Below are positions 1 through 13,753 of a stretch of 64,000 nucleotides of DNA, in pieces. The notes beneath the pieces are model-generated. The model did not search any database. It was not told the origin of the DNA and was given only the letters and a program-made list of their open reading frames with translations. Made by a program: the position numbers and the translations under genes. The DNA comes from Convolutriloba macropyga (Eukaryota): contig NC_134476.1 in NCBI RefSeq assembly GCF_964194025.1, forward strand, positions 12,896,001 to 12,960,000. Reading direction: 5' to 3'. How positions within the stretch are numbered: the first letter of the stretch is position 1; every line of letters begins with the position of its first letter.

Positions 1-431
1 CGGAAATAAACCCCCTTTTGATAGTTTGAGAGCTGCATATTTTAAAATTCGGGCTTGGTTCCATGAGGGCTTAATTATTTAGGTGTTTATTTCCTATAAA
101 AAATAAGGTGTTTTTTCAGTGTTACGGCGGGGGTTTCTTTCCTTGATCCATCAGTTTTAGTTAGGAGTGCACTCGAAGCATGGTCTGATCAGATTTCACT
201 ACGGTCAAGACACCTATAACTGAGTAATCTCTAGGGTAATGATAATTACTTGTTCTAGTATCGACGTTTATCCTTTATCCATGCCATGCGATGTTTGCAT
301 GAAGAGCCCAACTGAAGTGTTCGACAAGATCAACGTCACTATTGTCGATGGCAGTGACGGATGGATGGCTACCTGGGTAAACTTTTCTCATTTTAACAAT
401 TTTCAACTGGATCTATTCTGTCCAATTACCC

Positions 432-462
<31 letters not shown>

Positions 463-3400
463 ACAAAACCCACACAAACACGCACAAACAAATACATACA
501 CACACAAACACGCACAGCTTAGTTACCATATGAAGTTGATTGAGCATTAATTAACCCAAATGTTTATTGGCAAAAATAACGACATGGCTCCTCTTTTGTG
601 ACGTCATTGTCGTTTTGTAGCAGATTTAAAGCCTGAGTTTTCAATTTGGAACATGCATCAGTCTTTGACGATAAAAGTAAGTTTGGTAACAAAACTTCTC
701 GAGAGAACTAATCCTCACGTTTTCGAACTGCAAAGTATTAAATTTCCCCTTTTTTATTTAAACATAATTTTTGTATAAAAAAAACACATTTTTAGAAGAA
801 ATTGTCCAAATATTAGAAGTTAAAGAAATTCAAACAAAAAATTCTAACAATTGCCACGGCCCATTATTAAACGCTACATCATTATTACAAAGTTCAATCA
901 AACCAATCTGTCATTGGGCTAAGAGAAGCCTAATAATGTTAGGGAGGCGAAGGGGACGGGGACAGCAATTAAATTAATTCTTTATTCTTCTTGTCTTTGT
1001 TAAGATTGTGGTTGAAGTGAACAATATCAAGCAGACCTACTACAACAACCGGTGGGTTGATAGCTACGATGGAAAGAATTATGGACCACAGGAGACATTC
1101 GACCACTACTACAAATAAAAACAATCAATAAGAATCAGCCTTGAAAACAATAGTAAACTCAAATTTAAAGTCAAGTAAAAAACTAAGTTGAACTGCATGC
1201 TGCATTCATTCATAATTATATTCAAGGTAGCGATCTGAACCCCCTCCAGCGCGCAAAGTTCCGTGTTGTTTTCTTAAAATATGTGAACAAATTTAACTGC
1301 TAATGGTTCGCATTGCATGATAATTTGTCCATCAATTACAAGTAAAATATATGCAAAGTTGAAAGTTGAATGAATAGACAGAAAAGACACCTTTCCTCTG
1401 CACTCTAAATTTTAATAATGAACCAGCCTTTGATGTTAATTGTGCCGGTTAATAACCGGAGAGATCAGTTTACAGGATAATTGAATTGCATAATAATAAT
1501 AATAAACTTTTAAAATAGTTGTTCAAATAGACTATTAAGATGGACTCTAACAGGGCTCTTTGTACATGCTGAAATAATAGCAAAAGATTTTTGCTTATTT
1601 CTTCGCGTAGATTAGACTTACCCACCCCGTTTGAGGTGCACTATTCAAGCCAGCTCTGATTAGACCAACTTGGGTCGGACGCAGCCCGTGTTGAGAATTT
1701 CGCCGGATTCAAACCTAAGAAATCGTCAGATTTCGTCGGTTTTACTTCGCCAAAACCGATCAAAGCTCTTACGTTTTTTCGTAGTTTTGATTGGTTTTCT
1801 TCGGTATTTAAACGTAAGAATCGTCGGTTTCAAAAACTGAGAAGCGTCGGTTTTCGTCGATTACAAATATGCTTCTTACAAGCAAAACCGACAAAAACCG
1901 AGGCTTAGTACGTCGTTTTTGTCGGTATTTCTCATGGCGGGGGGGGGGGGGGGGGGGAATAAAGCGCGACCCGGAGACAGACTGGCAGCAAGTTTATGGT
2001 CAAAAACTTCAGGGCAGAATTAAAACTCTGCGCGGTCTGATCAGCGCAAAACCTATCGTCCAGAAAGTTTGAGAGAATACGTACAAGTGTTCACTGCTTC
2101 CTAAATGATTAAATATATTAGTCTTAGTACTCCCAGTGCGTTATCCTGTTAGGTCTGGCTCACCCAGTGTGCGCCCCAACTTGGTCCGGCAACTCCAATG
2201 CAACACCCAAGAAAAGTTTAATTAGTTGGTAAAAATTCAACACAGAAACTTTTGTCTGAAGATATTTCAAGAAATAAGCTGGCAAAGCAATTTCAATTTT
2301 TTTTAGTGTGAACAGCATCCTTGGCTAAAAAAGTCTTGAATTTTGTCAAAATGAGGTACCGCAGAAATTTTTTTAACATCTGTTCACAGCAGGCGCTGTA
2401 CGTCAATTCAAGTATGCTCATCTTCCTCTATATGTTTTCCATTGAGGGTGTTCAGACTAAGGAAACAGTTGTAAAATGAATAAATGAAATTCCTAAAATG
2501 TAGAAAAGTCAAGGCTTTCTAATTATGCCTGATCAAATATTGTAATGATTTAAGTTCTGAGTTTAAACAGTTTCTGCTTTTCTAAGAGATATACAAATTA
2601 GAGCTACCTCGACTATATTCTTTGCCTTATCAGACCAGGAATTCTTTGAACTTTCCATTCGTTTGATCGACTAGATCTCTATATGTTTATGAAGGCCACA
2701 AAGAGTCGTTAAGTAATTATCTTACAATTTTATTTCGGTTAACTTCTGACTCGGTTCCAATTTGAAGTTTTCATTAATCCGCATCAAATCTTAGCCATTG
2801 GCATAAAGAGTTATAAAATTACTTTATGGCTTCAATTCATTAGAATAGCATCAAAAAATATGCGTACTCAATTTTTTCGCCCAGTTTTTCGTGATCGTGC
2901 TGCGATGCTTTGAATCTTTGTCTCTGGTATCAAGTTTACCTCAAATGAAAGTTCGCTAGTAACTAAGCGCTGCAATCAGTCATTTTTTAAATAAAAAATT
3001 CAAAAAAAACCAAGAAGCCCAGGCTGTTCATGAGTTGTAAAGAATTAAGATTCAAAAGAACTTGGAAAAATCAACTTTAAAAAGCTTCTCTAGTATGTTT
3101 TCAGAATTCGGTGAAGATTTTTTATTTTCGTTTGTTACATTTTTAAAAGCAGATTAATAATTTCAGGCTTTAATAACAAGAAGAATGTTTTCAAAAAAGC
3201 ATTTTTTTTTGTTTTTTTTTTACATCGTTTGACGTTTTCGTATTGGATAATGTTTTTTGCGGCTCTGATCTTCAATTCTTGATTGTAGTCGGGAAGTGAA
3301 AATGGATTGAAGGGAATAGAGTTTAATGCATAATTGTCATAAAATAATTTCATGAGATCAAAAGTGAAGAAAAGATCATTAAATTGTGCAATATCAGCAA

Positions 3401-4262
3401 GCACTTTCCGTGGTACTCGGAAGCTATTTCGTCTAAAAGGAAACAAACATTTCTTGAGAAAAAGATCGTCTGGTGTTTTATCAATTTTTTCCAATATATT
3501 TAGCTGTTTACAAGTTTTGTTCTGACATACATATCACAGTGTATTTAATGGGTTCCATGTTTTTGAAAAACTACTTAAATGGGTTCCATGTATACTGTCA
3601 ACTATGGTACTCGTCGAGGCAGTTTCCAATTTGTGAATGACACCAGTTTTTGGTTTCAGTATTGTCTCAAGATTAACATTTCTGCAAAACTTCAGAGTTA
3701 TCTGCATGAAAATCACCTAAAATTTGCTTTTTGAGACAAAATTGCTCCATCTAACAAGCAAAAAGAAAAAACCCAACGGAGGACATTTTAAACAAAACAA
3801 AAAGACTTCACCAGAACTGCGTATATGGGAATTCAGCGTGATTAAAAGTTGAATTTTGAAACTTTCAAATACCAAAATGCGGATTATAGCCAGAGCCATT
3901 TGCTCTCTATACTTTGTAAGACATCGCATAACGCTAGAGACGAGGTTGAAAGTAACTGCATCAATCGTTGTCATAGCTTTTTTCAGTGGAATTTCTCTGA
4001 CTTTTCTTGTCTAAGCATTAACAGTGTATAAATCGAAGAATAAACTGGGGCATTTAAGTTTGTTTATCAGAGAAAATCTTTTAGCAGGCAAACATTTTGC
4101 ACGAAGCGTAAGTTTTGCCTGCTGCATAAGTTTTGCCAGACAAACAAATGAGCAGCTAGCGATCAGTCGGTTCTTTCTCGCTGCTTTCAAATTCGCTTTT
4201 CTTTGTCAGCGTTCGAATTCAAGGCCATACTTTTGTCTTCAACTACACTTTCTGCATGCAAA

Positions 4263-5033
4263 ATGGCTAATTCAGATCCTGTTAATGCAAATGGGTCAAC
4301 CGAAAACTGCGAAATGACTAAAATAGTTAAAGAACTTATGATCAGAATTACATCACTTGAGCAAACAGTTAAATGCCAAGAACATACCATTCTTATACTG
4401 AACAAAAACGCTGATGAGCTTCAAAATCGTATGTCGGCCCAAGAAAAGTACTCAAGCAAAGACTGCTTGATTTTCAAAAACTTCCCAATTAACCCATTCA
4501 GCAAAAACTTATATAATGATGTTTGCAAAGCAATTTATCATTACTTCAATTATCAAGTTACGCCTGATAGAATCAAGGCATGCCATTCCTGGAAGCATTT
4601 TAAAAACGGAATAACCCCAATAATTGTAAAATTTATTTATTTCGACGATAAGGATTTTATCTTCAGCCGGCGGAAAAAGTTATCGGATAAAATAAACGGG
4701 GGTAAAAAATTAGTTATCCATGAGAAGCCCCCCCCCCCCAAAGATGCTGAAATTATGAACAAATGCAACGAAATTGGGCTCATTTCAACAACATGGAACT
4801 GCAAAGTGAAAGTTTTTCGAAAAAATCTAAATGGTAACTACTACTCCTGCGCTGTAAATAGTATAAAGGCGGTGGACGAGCTCAAACATTGTGCAATAAG
4901 GAAACGTGAAACTTCAGTTGCGAGGGGTTTTGTAAGAAACGACGGTAAACTTCGAGTTGATCCATCTAATCATATAGACAAAACTTGGAAACAAAATTTG
5001 AACCCTTTTGAGAAAAAAAACTACAAACTATAG
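4263..5033 (+). pseudogene. LINE ORF1 (coiled-coil + RRM-like), frameshifted near the 3' end
   Basis: MANSDP... coiled coil, then QEKYSSKDCLIFKNFP / IKACH / IIVKFIYFDDK, which match ORF1 of the LINE at 29666. Confidence 0.8.
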
Positions 5034-5227
5034 TCACTCCAGAAAACATAAGCGGGATTCACCTGACGACCCAGTAAATTGCAAAAAAGGACAGTTGGAT
5101 CTATCAGCTACGCCGACAAGCAGTAACATGGCTCTATGTGCGGAGGATGTTATTGAAATTGTGGATGGGGCAGCGAGGGAACAAGCATCTGCAAACTGTA
5201 ATCTAACTTATAATTTTTGATAAATTA

Positions 5228-8011
5228 TGGGGGTGTACGTCTACGAAAACGAATTACAGGCAATAGGTATTCCTTGTATACTATCCCTTAACATACAGTC
5301 CTTAAAATCCCATCATGACCAGCTCAATTGTTTTCTTAAAATTTTCAAAAACAACCTAGGCTAATTGCTCTAAGTGAAACATGGCTTAACGAAAATGAGT
5401 CAAGAACTGAACAAAAGGAGGCGGTGTGGCTTTTCTGGTGCAATCTGAAATCAGCTTTGAAAAAGCTTTGAAAAAATTCAAACGCCAAGAACTACATCTT
5501 CTGAAAAAACTAAAATTAAAACGGAAAAAGACAACAAAACAAGTTTTTTTACAGTTATTTATAGACCACCAAACAAGAGTTTAGAAAAATTCTTTGCAGA
5601 GTTTGAAGAGTTTTTACAATATACCTCCAATCTCAAGAATCAGTACATTTGTGGCGAATTCAACATAGATATTTTGTCAAAATGTAATACTGTTTTCGAA
5701 CATAAACTTTTGATAAAAAGTTTCAGCTTTAAGTTGCTTAATGGAATACCAACTCGCGTTGCTGAAACTAGAGAAAGTTGTCTCGGACATTTCCTTGTGA
5801 AAGAGCATCATAAAACTATTACAATCAAAACTTCTCTTAGTGATCTTTTTCCATTTTTATTGTTATTGAATGACGAAATTGAGACGAAAAGCTGTTTCAC
5901 ACATAAATTTCGTGATCTTAGGAAATTGAAGAATGAACAAACTTGTTTAAATTATTTGTTTTGCTTATACACTAAAATTGCAAAAACTTGAAAAAAATTC
6001 AGACATGAATGTTGACAACAGGGTATCTACTTTGGTTAATGTAATGAATACATTATTGGATCGATTTGCACCTTGGAAGAAATCGCGAAAAACAGCGACA
6101 TGGTACAATAAGAATATTAAATCCCAGATAAATAAGCAAAACAAGCTTTTTAAAAATTGGTTGCAAGAAAAAACTGATGAAAACCGTGAGAGTTACAAAA
6201 AGCAGAGAAATATAGTTACGAAAACTATTGAACATGAGAAAAGGAAATTTTATGATGCCTTGGTTGAGGCTGATAAAACGAAAAAAAGTTTGTTTCAGGC
6301 ATATCAAACAATTTGCAACACGAAAAGAAGTAACATATGTAACGTTGAGCCAAATATTCTGAACAATTTTTTTTGCAAAAATTGGCGAAAATCTGTCTCG
6401 GTCATTTAAACCTTCTTCTATAGACAACAGTAAAATCAAAAGAGTTGAACAGAGCTGCGTTTTCTTTCCAACATCACCGAGTGAACTAAGCAAAATCATT
6501 AGGTCTCTGAAAAACAAAAAGTCTGCTGGTCATGATGGGTTAAACTGCGAAATTGTTAAGATTTCTTTACCGGTAATATGTGATTACTTATGCAACGTTT
6601 TTAACACCTGTTTTGAAAATGGATATTTCCCTGTACCATTTAAAAAAGCAAAAGTTATTCCTTTGCATAAGGAAGGCAGTAAAAGCAACCCTGCGAACTA
6701 CAAACCCATTAGTCTGTTGACATCATTTTCTAAAGTTTTTGAAAGTTTGATCAATAAGAGAATTATGAGTTTTGTAGGCAGACATAGAATTTTAACCCCA
6801 AAGCAGTTTGGATTCCAACCAAAAAAATCTTGCATCAATGCAATAATAAAATTCACTGAATTCCTCTCTGAGGCACTAGAACAAAAACTATCCGGGGTGT
6901 CATTATTCATCGATTTAAAAAAGCTTTTGACACAGTCAACCACCATATTTTGCTTTCAAAGCTAGAAAGATACGGTTTCAGAGGAAAAAGACTAGATTTA
7001 ATTAAAAATTATTTCTCTGACAGATCTCAATATGTTTTTTTGAACAGTAAGACGTCAAAATCCATTGATGTTGATTACGGTGTACCACAGGGATCAATAT
7101 TAGGCCCAACTTTCTTTCTAATATACATTAATGACATGCCCCAATGCTGCTCGAACTCGGAAGTAGTTTTGTATGCAGACGATACTACCATAACATCGTG
7201 CTCAGTGAATGAAAATACTAAATTTTCCTCTGATGTAAAAAACGTTAAGAAATGGTTTGATCAGAACTGTTTAACGATCAATGAAAACAAATGCATGCTT
7301 ATGCCTTTTGGCCACAACAAAAAGGCTAAACACCTAGACGGTGTTTTCAAAGACGTTCAAATCAAAGATCAATGTATATATTTGGGTATTACTTTTGACA
7401 AATCGATGAAATTTACGTACCACTGTAAAAAAGTTGCAAAAAAGTTAGCAACCTTTTCGGCTGTTGCCTATCGGGCAAGAAACTTTTTCACTAAAAATCA
7501 ATTGTTAATCTTTTACAATGCCTATGAGAAATCCACCATAGAATATGGTCTTTTAATATACGGAAACACCTAAAAGACACATCTTGACGAAATTTTTTAA
7601 GATGCAAAAAAGAATATGTAGGGCCATTTTCTTTAAACGAAAAACTGATGCGATTAGGAATATCATGACAAAATATCATCATCTTACCGTTTATGAACTT
7701 TTTGCTAATATTTTCAAATTTATGTTTGACGAACTCAGAAAACCTGAGTCAACTTATTTAAAATTAGATTCGCTCAGCAACCATCGTGAAACAAGAAGAG
7801 TCTCGTAGAAACTTTTACCTGTACCCAATTCAAAAAACATTAAAAATTCTTTGCGGATCAAAGTTATCGTAGCGTACAATTTTGCGCAAGAAAATAATTT
7901 AATTCCTGAAAGCATAAGAGAACTGACTCCAGGTCAGCTCAAAACTTTCTTAAGATCCTTTACTTACCTATATATTCAGGATAGCTATGAAGTGTTCAAT
8001 TTATTTTTTTG
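5228..8011 (+). pseudogene. LINE ORF2 (APE endonuclease + reverse transcriptase), multiple frameshifts and stops
   Basis: ORF fragments 5674-5991, 5978-6409, 6663-6965, 6950-7573 and 7584-7808 carry successive APE and RT motifs. Ends approximate. Confidence 0.9.
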
Positions 8012-9390
8012 ACTTCCTGTAATTTCACTTCGTTTTCGTAAATAAGATACCGGGTTCTTGCTAGATGAGGCTGTAGTCTCTCCAAGAGTCCGTCCCGACG
8101 TAACCTCTTTTAATTAAATTTTGTTTTTGTTTAATTAATGTTATGTAGCTGGTAAATGAAATTCAATTCAATTCAATTCAGGCATTAATTACTAAATTTC
8201 AATTCAAATTCCATACAAAGCAAACGGGACAAATTGCTCTGTTTGCAAAGCGTCCCAAAAGGGAATAAACTACCATTGCATATAAGGTCAACGATATCAG
8301 CAGTCAGTTATAAACATAGATTCCCAGATTTTTTGATAAAGCAGCATGAAAATGTTCCATTGAACGGAATCGTAAGACCACTTAGTTCTTACTTTTAAGA
8401 ATAAAATTGAAAAGCAAAACATGAATTATGCTTAAGTTTTCCAATAATACCAACTGATTTCAATGATATAGCTCCACGCATGTAAATGTTCAACGTTCAG
8501 CTATAACCTCAAATTTACGTTTGAATTAAGGAAATTGGATGTTCGAAAAACAATTTTTTGCAAATGGGTTTCATTAAAATTTTATCTCGGAGAGCTAGAA
8601 AGCGAAGTGCTTCTAGAAAGGTGATGAGTAGCTTTCGATTCTTGTTCCTAAACAGGAGCAGGGAAAAGACATGATGTGTCAAATTTTAAATCAGGTGCAC
8701 TCCTTCTTTACAATACCAAAATCTTCGCATGTGTTAGCTGCTTTACAAAAATTTATGTAATGCTATTTACCAGTACGGTCACGACTAATAATTAATTAAT
8801 TTCGGAACAAGACGAGCATCTGAAAAATTGCTAGAGAAATTGTTGTGAAATTTCTACTGGTCCTTAATCGTTTTATTTGCTGGCTGCACACATTTTCTTT
8901 TGTAGAACTTATGCAAGAAAAGCTTTTGCAAGTTTTTTAAGGTGTGTTGAGTTCCGCTTTACATTTGCTCTTGTTACGCGCTTTAATTTTGCGCTTCAAT
9001 TGTTCGCTGCCTGAGAAAGTTGCTGCCTCCAAGACGTCAATTGTGGCACTTAACTTTTTTTGGGTTGTATTCACCTTATCATGAGTCACTGGACACTTGT
9101 TTTACAAATTAAATGGGATGTCCGTACTTTCTGCTCACGACCACTCGGTTCCAAAAATTCTCAGAAAATTGTAAAGTGTGAATTCAAAAAAGGAAGCTTC
9201 GACCTCAATTCGATGTAGGCTTAATTTTCCTGTTGATGTATTCTTTGAAAATAGCTAATTTTTGGTGTTCTCCAGCATGCAACTATAACACCTAAATAAT
9301 CGCTATCGTTATTACAGTTTTGTTGTTCAACCAAATTCTGTAAAATTTCCCAGAATACAAAAATGAGCTACAAAGTATGTTGAGTTAGCT

Positions 9391-9883
9391 TGTCCTACGG
9401 ACTGGATATTTGTTCTGAAAATTACCGTATTTAGTTCGAGACTATTTTCTTCAACTTCAAGCGCAGTAAACTAGTTCAATTTCCTTAATCTTAGTTCATT
9501 CATTCATCATTGTTGCAACATCCAGGTTATTCTTGTTCTAGACACGAAACTGTCTATTCACGTTGTAAACAAATCTAGCTTGCTTTTATTCAGCGTGATC
9601 ACCTTATGATTTCTTTAAATTCCTTTCTGACTTACTTTGTACATTTTCATTTCATAATCTCATTTGTGCTCCTCAAAATCAGTTTAAATTTAAAATTAGC
9701 AATTTGCTTTCCAAAAGTAACCTCAGAGAGTAAACTAACCATTCGCGTCGCGAAGTCCCAATCTTGAAGGCAAGTTTCAAAATCAAAATTGATAAAGTGG
9801 CAATCGCACTGCAATTGCCTAATTTGCTAAGTAGAAATCAATCGTGGCACAACTGACCAAAGATAGACTTCAGCAGTACCACA
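9391..9883 (+). repeat. 5' LTR of Gypsy A
   Basis: Starts TGTCCTACGGACTGGATATTTGTTCTGAAA and ends CAGCAGTACCACA; homologous to 15287-15882. Confidence 0.93.
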
Positions 9884-12800
9884 TGGCAGAGACAGCACTT
9901 GACTTAAGAAAATCTACACTCCATATCGAAGCTTTCTGGGCGAAAGCAACTATCACTCCACCCCTTTCGTGGGAGAAATGGACGCAACAATGGAAACTCG
10001 CATTGTTGGCAAAAGAGGGGATACAACTAGAAACTCTTCTCAACGAACCACCTCCAGAAGTCAGATACCTACACGAACGTGTGTATGAGGAACCAATGGA
10101 AAGCTAGACACAGCAACCGAAAGCAATAGAAATATTCGCAATCAACAACTAAAGGTAACGTGGCAAAACAAATGTAAAAAGATCGACAAAATTGCCATTC
10201 TGTGTGGTAACAATACTTGGGACTTCTGCAACCAAAAGCAACTTCCTTTCTATATCTCTGCGGAACAGAAGGCCGCAGAATATTAAAAAGCAAACAACTG
10301 CATTTCCTCATTGATAAAGTTGGAAAAATCACCGCAAGTTGAATGATTGATTCTGGTACTGTGTAATATCATAACCAAAACTTTGACAAATGACATCCTA
10401 AAAACTACCCCAACAGCACGATGGATTGCTTCAGCATGTGAGAAAGATCTCAAAACATTTTTAAACGAACCGATCAAGGTCCTCGTCAACATTACAACGA
10501 CGGTTGTCTACAACGATTGTATGCGTGGGGATGCATGCCTTACAGTAGTAGAGGATGTCCACAAAAACATCATTGGAAGTGACCTTTTGAGTAGTCTTGT
10601 CTTGGCCAGTGGTTCAAAAACAAGCATAAAGGGGTATGTGTTAACAGTATTGATAACTCTACATGCAAAGTAAAACAGCTTATCGCCTCACAATTTCCAG
10701 ATCTTGTCTCAAGAATTGGCCTTTCAAAGACGCATGTCGTTACATCAAGGTTTTATCAGAAGTTTACAGCAAAGCTTCAAAAAGGTCGTCGTGTTTCCAT
10801 TAATCTACAACCTCTAGTTACTGCTGAATTAGACCGAGTAAAAAAGAACATTGAAAAACTGTCTTGATGTTCTTACCAAAATTTTATTTCGCCTATAGAA
10901 AATTCATTTTGCCTGCAAGAAGGAAAGATCGATTTATAAAATTAGCACAAGATTCCAGTCCTCAACAAATCAATTCATAAAACAAATATCAAATGCCGAA
11001 CATAGAAATGTTAATAGACTCCATTTCACAACACTTAACAAACACACAAAACGGCCAACAAGCATAATTTTCAAAAGTAGATCTTAAATATGCACAGATT
11101 GAATTACGATTATTTAAAGACACTGCAAAACACTGTAATTTTAAAACCATATAAGGCGAATCTACGGGTACAAGTACTATAAAACTGGATTTTACGGCCT
11201 CACATGCCAGCTGAATTTCAAAAAACAATAGACTACGCACGTATTGGTCTTCAAAACTCATACTGGTTTTTAGACGACATCATAATAGTACGGGTTAAAA
11301 TACGACCACATTAATTACGTTATCAAATGTTTTTTTAAAAAACTTAAATGAAGATAATTTGCGCATCAATCTCCAAAGTGTCAATTTGCTTAAACGGAAT
11401 ATGAATGTCTTGGTTATAAAATTACTCAAACAGTAATTTCACCGCTCGAAAGCAAAACTGCATTTATTCGAGCAATACCACCACCAACTACACTTAAACG
11501 TTTAAGGTCATTTCTTGGATCAGTACACTACATTCGCAAATTTATACAACATCTAGCGCATCATTGTCACCCTCTCAGACTATTATTAAAAAAAGACTGC
11601 AAAATACGTTTGGACTGAGTTACATACCAAACGCTTCAATATAATTAAAGAAAAAACAGCACAGTACTAAAAATTGCCATTAAAATCCCAAATTAGATTT
11701 TAGAGTAAAATGTGACGCTTTGCGTTCCAGACTTGACGCAGCACTAGAACAAAACACCCCAGAGGGGTGACAACCTATTGCATTTGCATCGTGTTTTCTC
11801 AATCCTACAGAAAAACGATAAAGCATATATGAATTGGAATTATTGGGAGTTGTAGGGTCAATAGACTATTTCAAATATTACCTTTATGGTAAGGATTTTA
11901 CAGTAATTACAGACCACAGAGCCCTACAATAAATACTTAAAGAACATCGTTCGAGTAAATCTTACAGCAGTGGAATTTCCCGATTGATTGATCGACTACT
12001 CCCTTACAATTTTGCCATATAACACACGCCAGGATCAAAAATGGGTCTTGTAGACTACATCTCTAGCAGTCCTTTTTGCAAAAGCAAAGAAAAATTTATC
12101 ATACATAGAACACTTGGTGGTGCCAACATTTTCTAAAATTCGAGACTCTTTCCAACAACTTATTGAACATAGACCATTAGCATTACAGAAAATACACAGC
12201 AGTCTAAAAAGAATTCACCGAATTCAAAATTAATCAAACCGTTTGCACCGCAAACACCTATATCAAAAAGCAGAAACTTACAACTAAAGAATAAGCTAAT
12301 TTCATCGGATTCACCACATTCTAATATTTCACCGTGAAATGCTTCGCAATTTACACTCTCACATAAGCTCAAAAATCCCAACTTTAACACGCGAATCGCG
12401 TCGAAAATGCCCCCCTCATATTCAAAGTTACAATTTGCACTATATATCTTTCTACTAAAAAATCAAATTCCATTAACAAAATCGCTGCAAATACTGCGCA
12501 AAAGTTAGACAGTAAAGAATAAGAACAACCTGAACAATTAAGCCCCAATTTTGATAACAAATCAACTAATCACCATAAATTCTCTAAATTAGGCGCGAAA
12601 CTCAAAAATTCCATCTATAAAAACCAAGCACCGAAAATTAACTCGCTTTCTGCCCAAAATTCTCTTGCAAACAAGTTCACTGATATCAACTCAATTGCCT
12701 CTACTTCAAAAATGCCTCGAGGAAAATCTTTGGAGACAATACCAACAAAAGCCCGAGTAACCTTCTCGGTTAATTCCCCTACAAATACGACACCAGGCAC

Positions 12801-13685
12801 CAGCAATTCTACCACAAGAGAAACGACCCCTTCTACCAGTGCAATAGACACAGCCGACGACCGCAGACTATCAGAGACGATCAACAGAATCTTCAGCAAA
12901 AGAACTAGCCATTATAACGGGGAAGGACGCCATCCTAAAGGAAATACGAGTGTCCTACGAAATGACGAGGGGAAATTGAAGGACATCAGTCCTTATGTAC
13001 ATTTATATTGTTATATTGTCGGGATATAAGTGTCAAGTATGGGTGCCTGTGTCTCGATGAGCGGATAGCAATCCCCAAAGCAATAAAGCACAGTGTGTTA
13101 GAAGATATCCACTCCACCTATCCGGGGAGATTTGCAATGCGTTCGCTCGCACAAAATATATGGCGGCCAAATATTCATGGAGACATACTAGCAAAAGCTA
13201 CTCAGTGCAAAGCTTGCAAAGTAACAGGTAAGAAATTAAAACCAGTGATTCCGCATAGCAAATGGTCACCATCACCTAATTGCATTGAACCGAATGACGA
13301 ATTACAATAGACTTTGGCGGTCCTATTATTAACGAGAGGGGAATAGAACAATATTGCTTAACAGGCATTGGTAGATATTTCAAATATCCTACAATAGAAA
13401 CACTTAATAATGCTTCAAATGCAAATCTAATTNNNNNNNNNNNNNNNNNNNNNNNNNNNNNNNNNNNNNNNNNNNNNNNNNNNNNNNNNNNNNNNNNNNN
13501 NNNNNNNNNNNNNNNNNNNNNNNNNNNNNNNNNNNNNNNNNNNNNNNNNNNNNNNNNNNNNNNNNNNNNNNNNNNNNNNNNNNNNNNNNNNNNNNNNNNN
13601 NNNNNNNNNNNNNNNNNNNNNNNNNNNNNNNNNNNNNNNNNNNNNNNNNNNNNNNNNNNNNNNNNNNNNNNNNNNNNACAAGGTG

Positions 13686-13687
<2 letters not shown>

Positions 13688-13750
<63 letters not shown>
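13688..13750. repeat. (TA)n microsatellite inside the Gypsy A integrase, next to an assembly gap
   Basis: Direct reading; integrase sequence (H-L-V-P-R-T-I-R-I-D-Q) resumes after it. Confidence 0.95.

Positions 13751-13753
<3 letters not shown>

Larger units (their letters stand above)
4022..8180 (+). mobile_element. CR1/L2-type non-LTR retrotransposon, near full length, degenerate
   Basis: ORF1 (4203-5033), then frameshifted ORF2 with APE motifs (LSETWL ~5370, IYRPP ~5560, CGEFNID ~5650) and RT motifs (KPISLL, GVPQGSILGP, YADDT). Ends in an (ATTCA)n tail at ~8161-8180. Possible TSD GCATTAA at 4015-4021 and 8182-8188; the 5' boundary is uncertain. Confidence 0.93.

Noticed and set aside
1685-1960. 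Cluster of TCGTCGGTTTT / AAAACCGA motifs, MITE-like
   Set aside because: Termini and TSD could not be defined with confidence.
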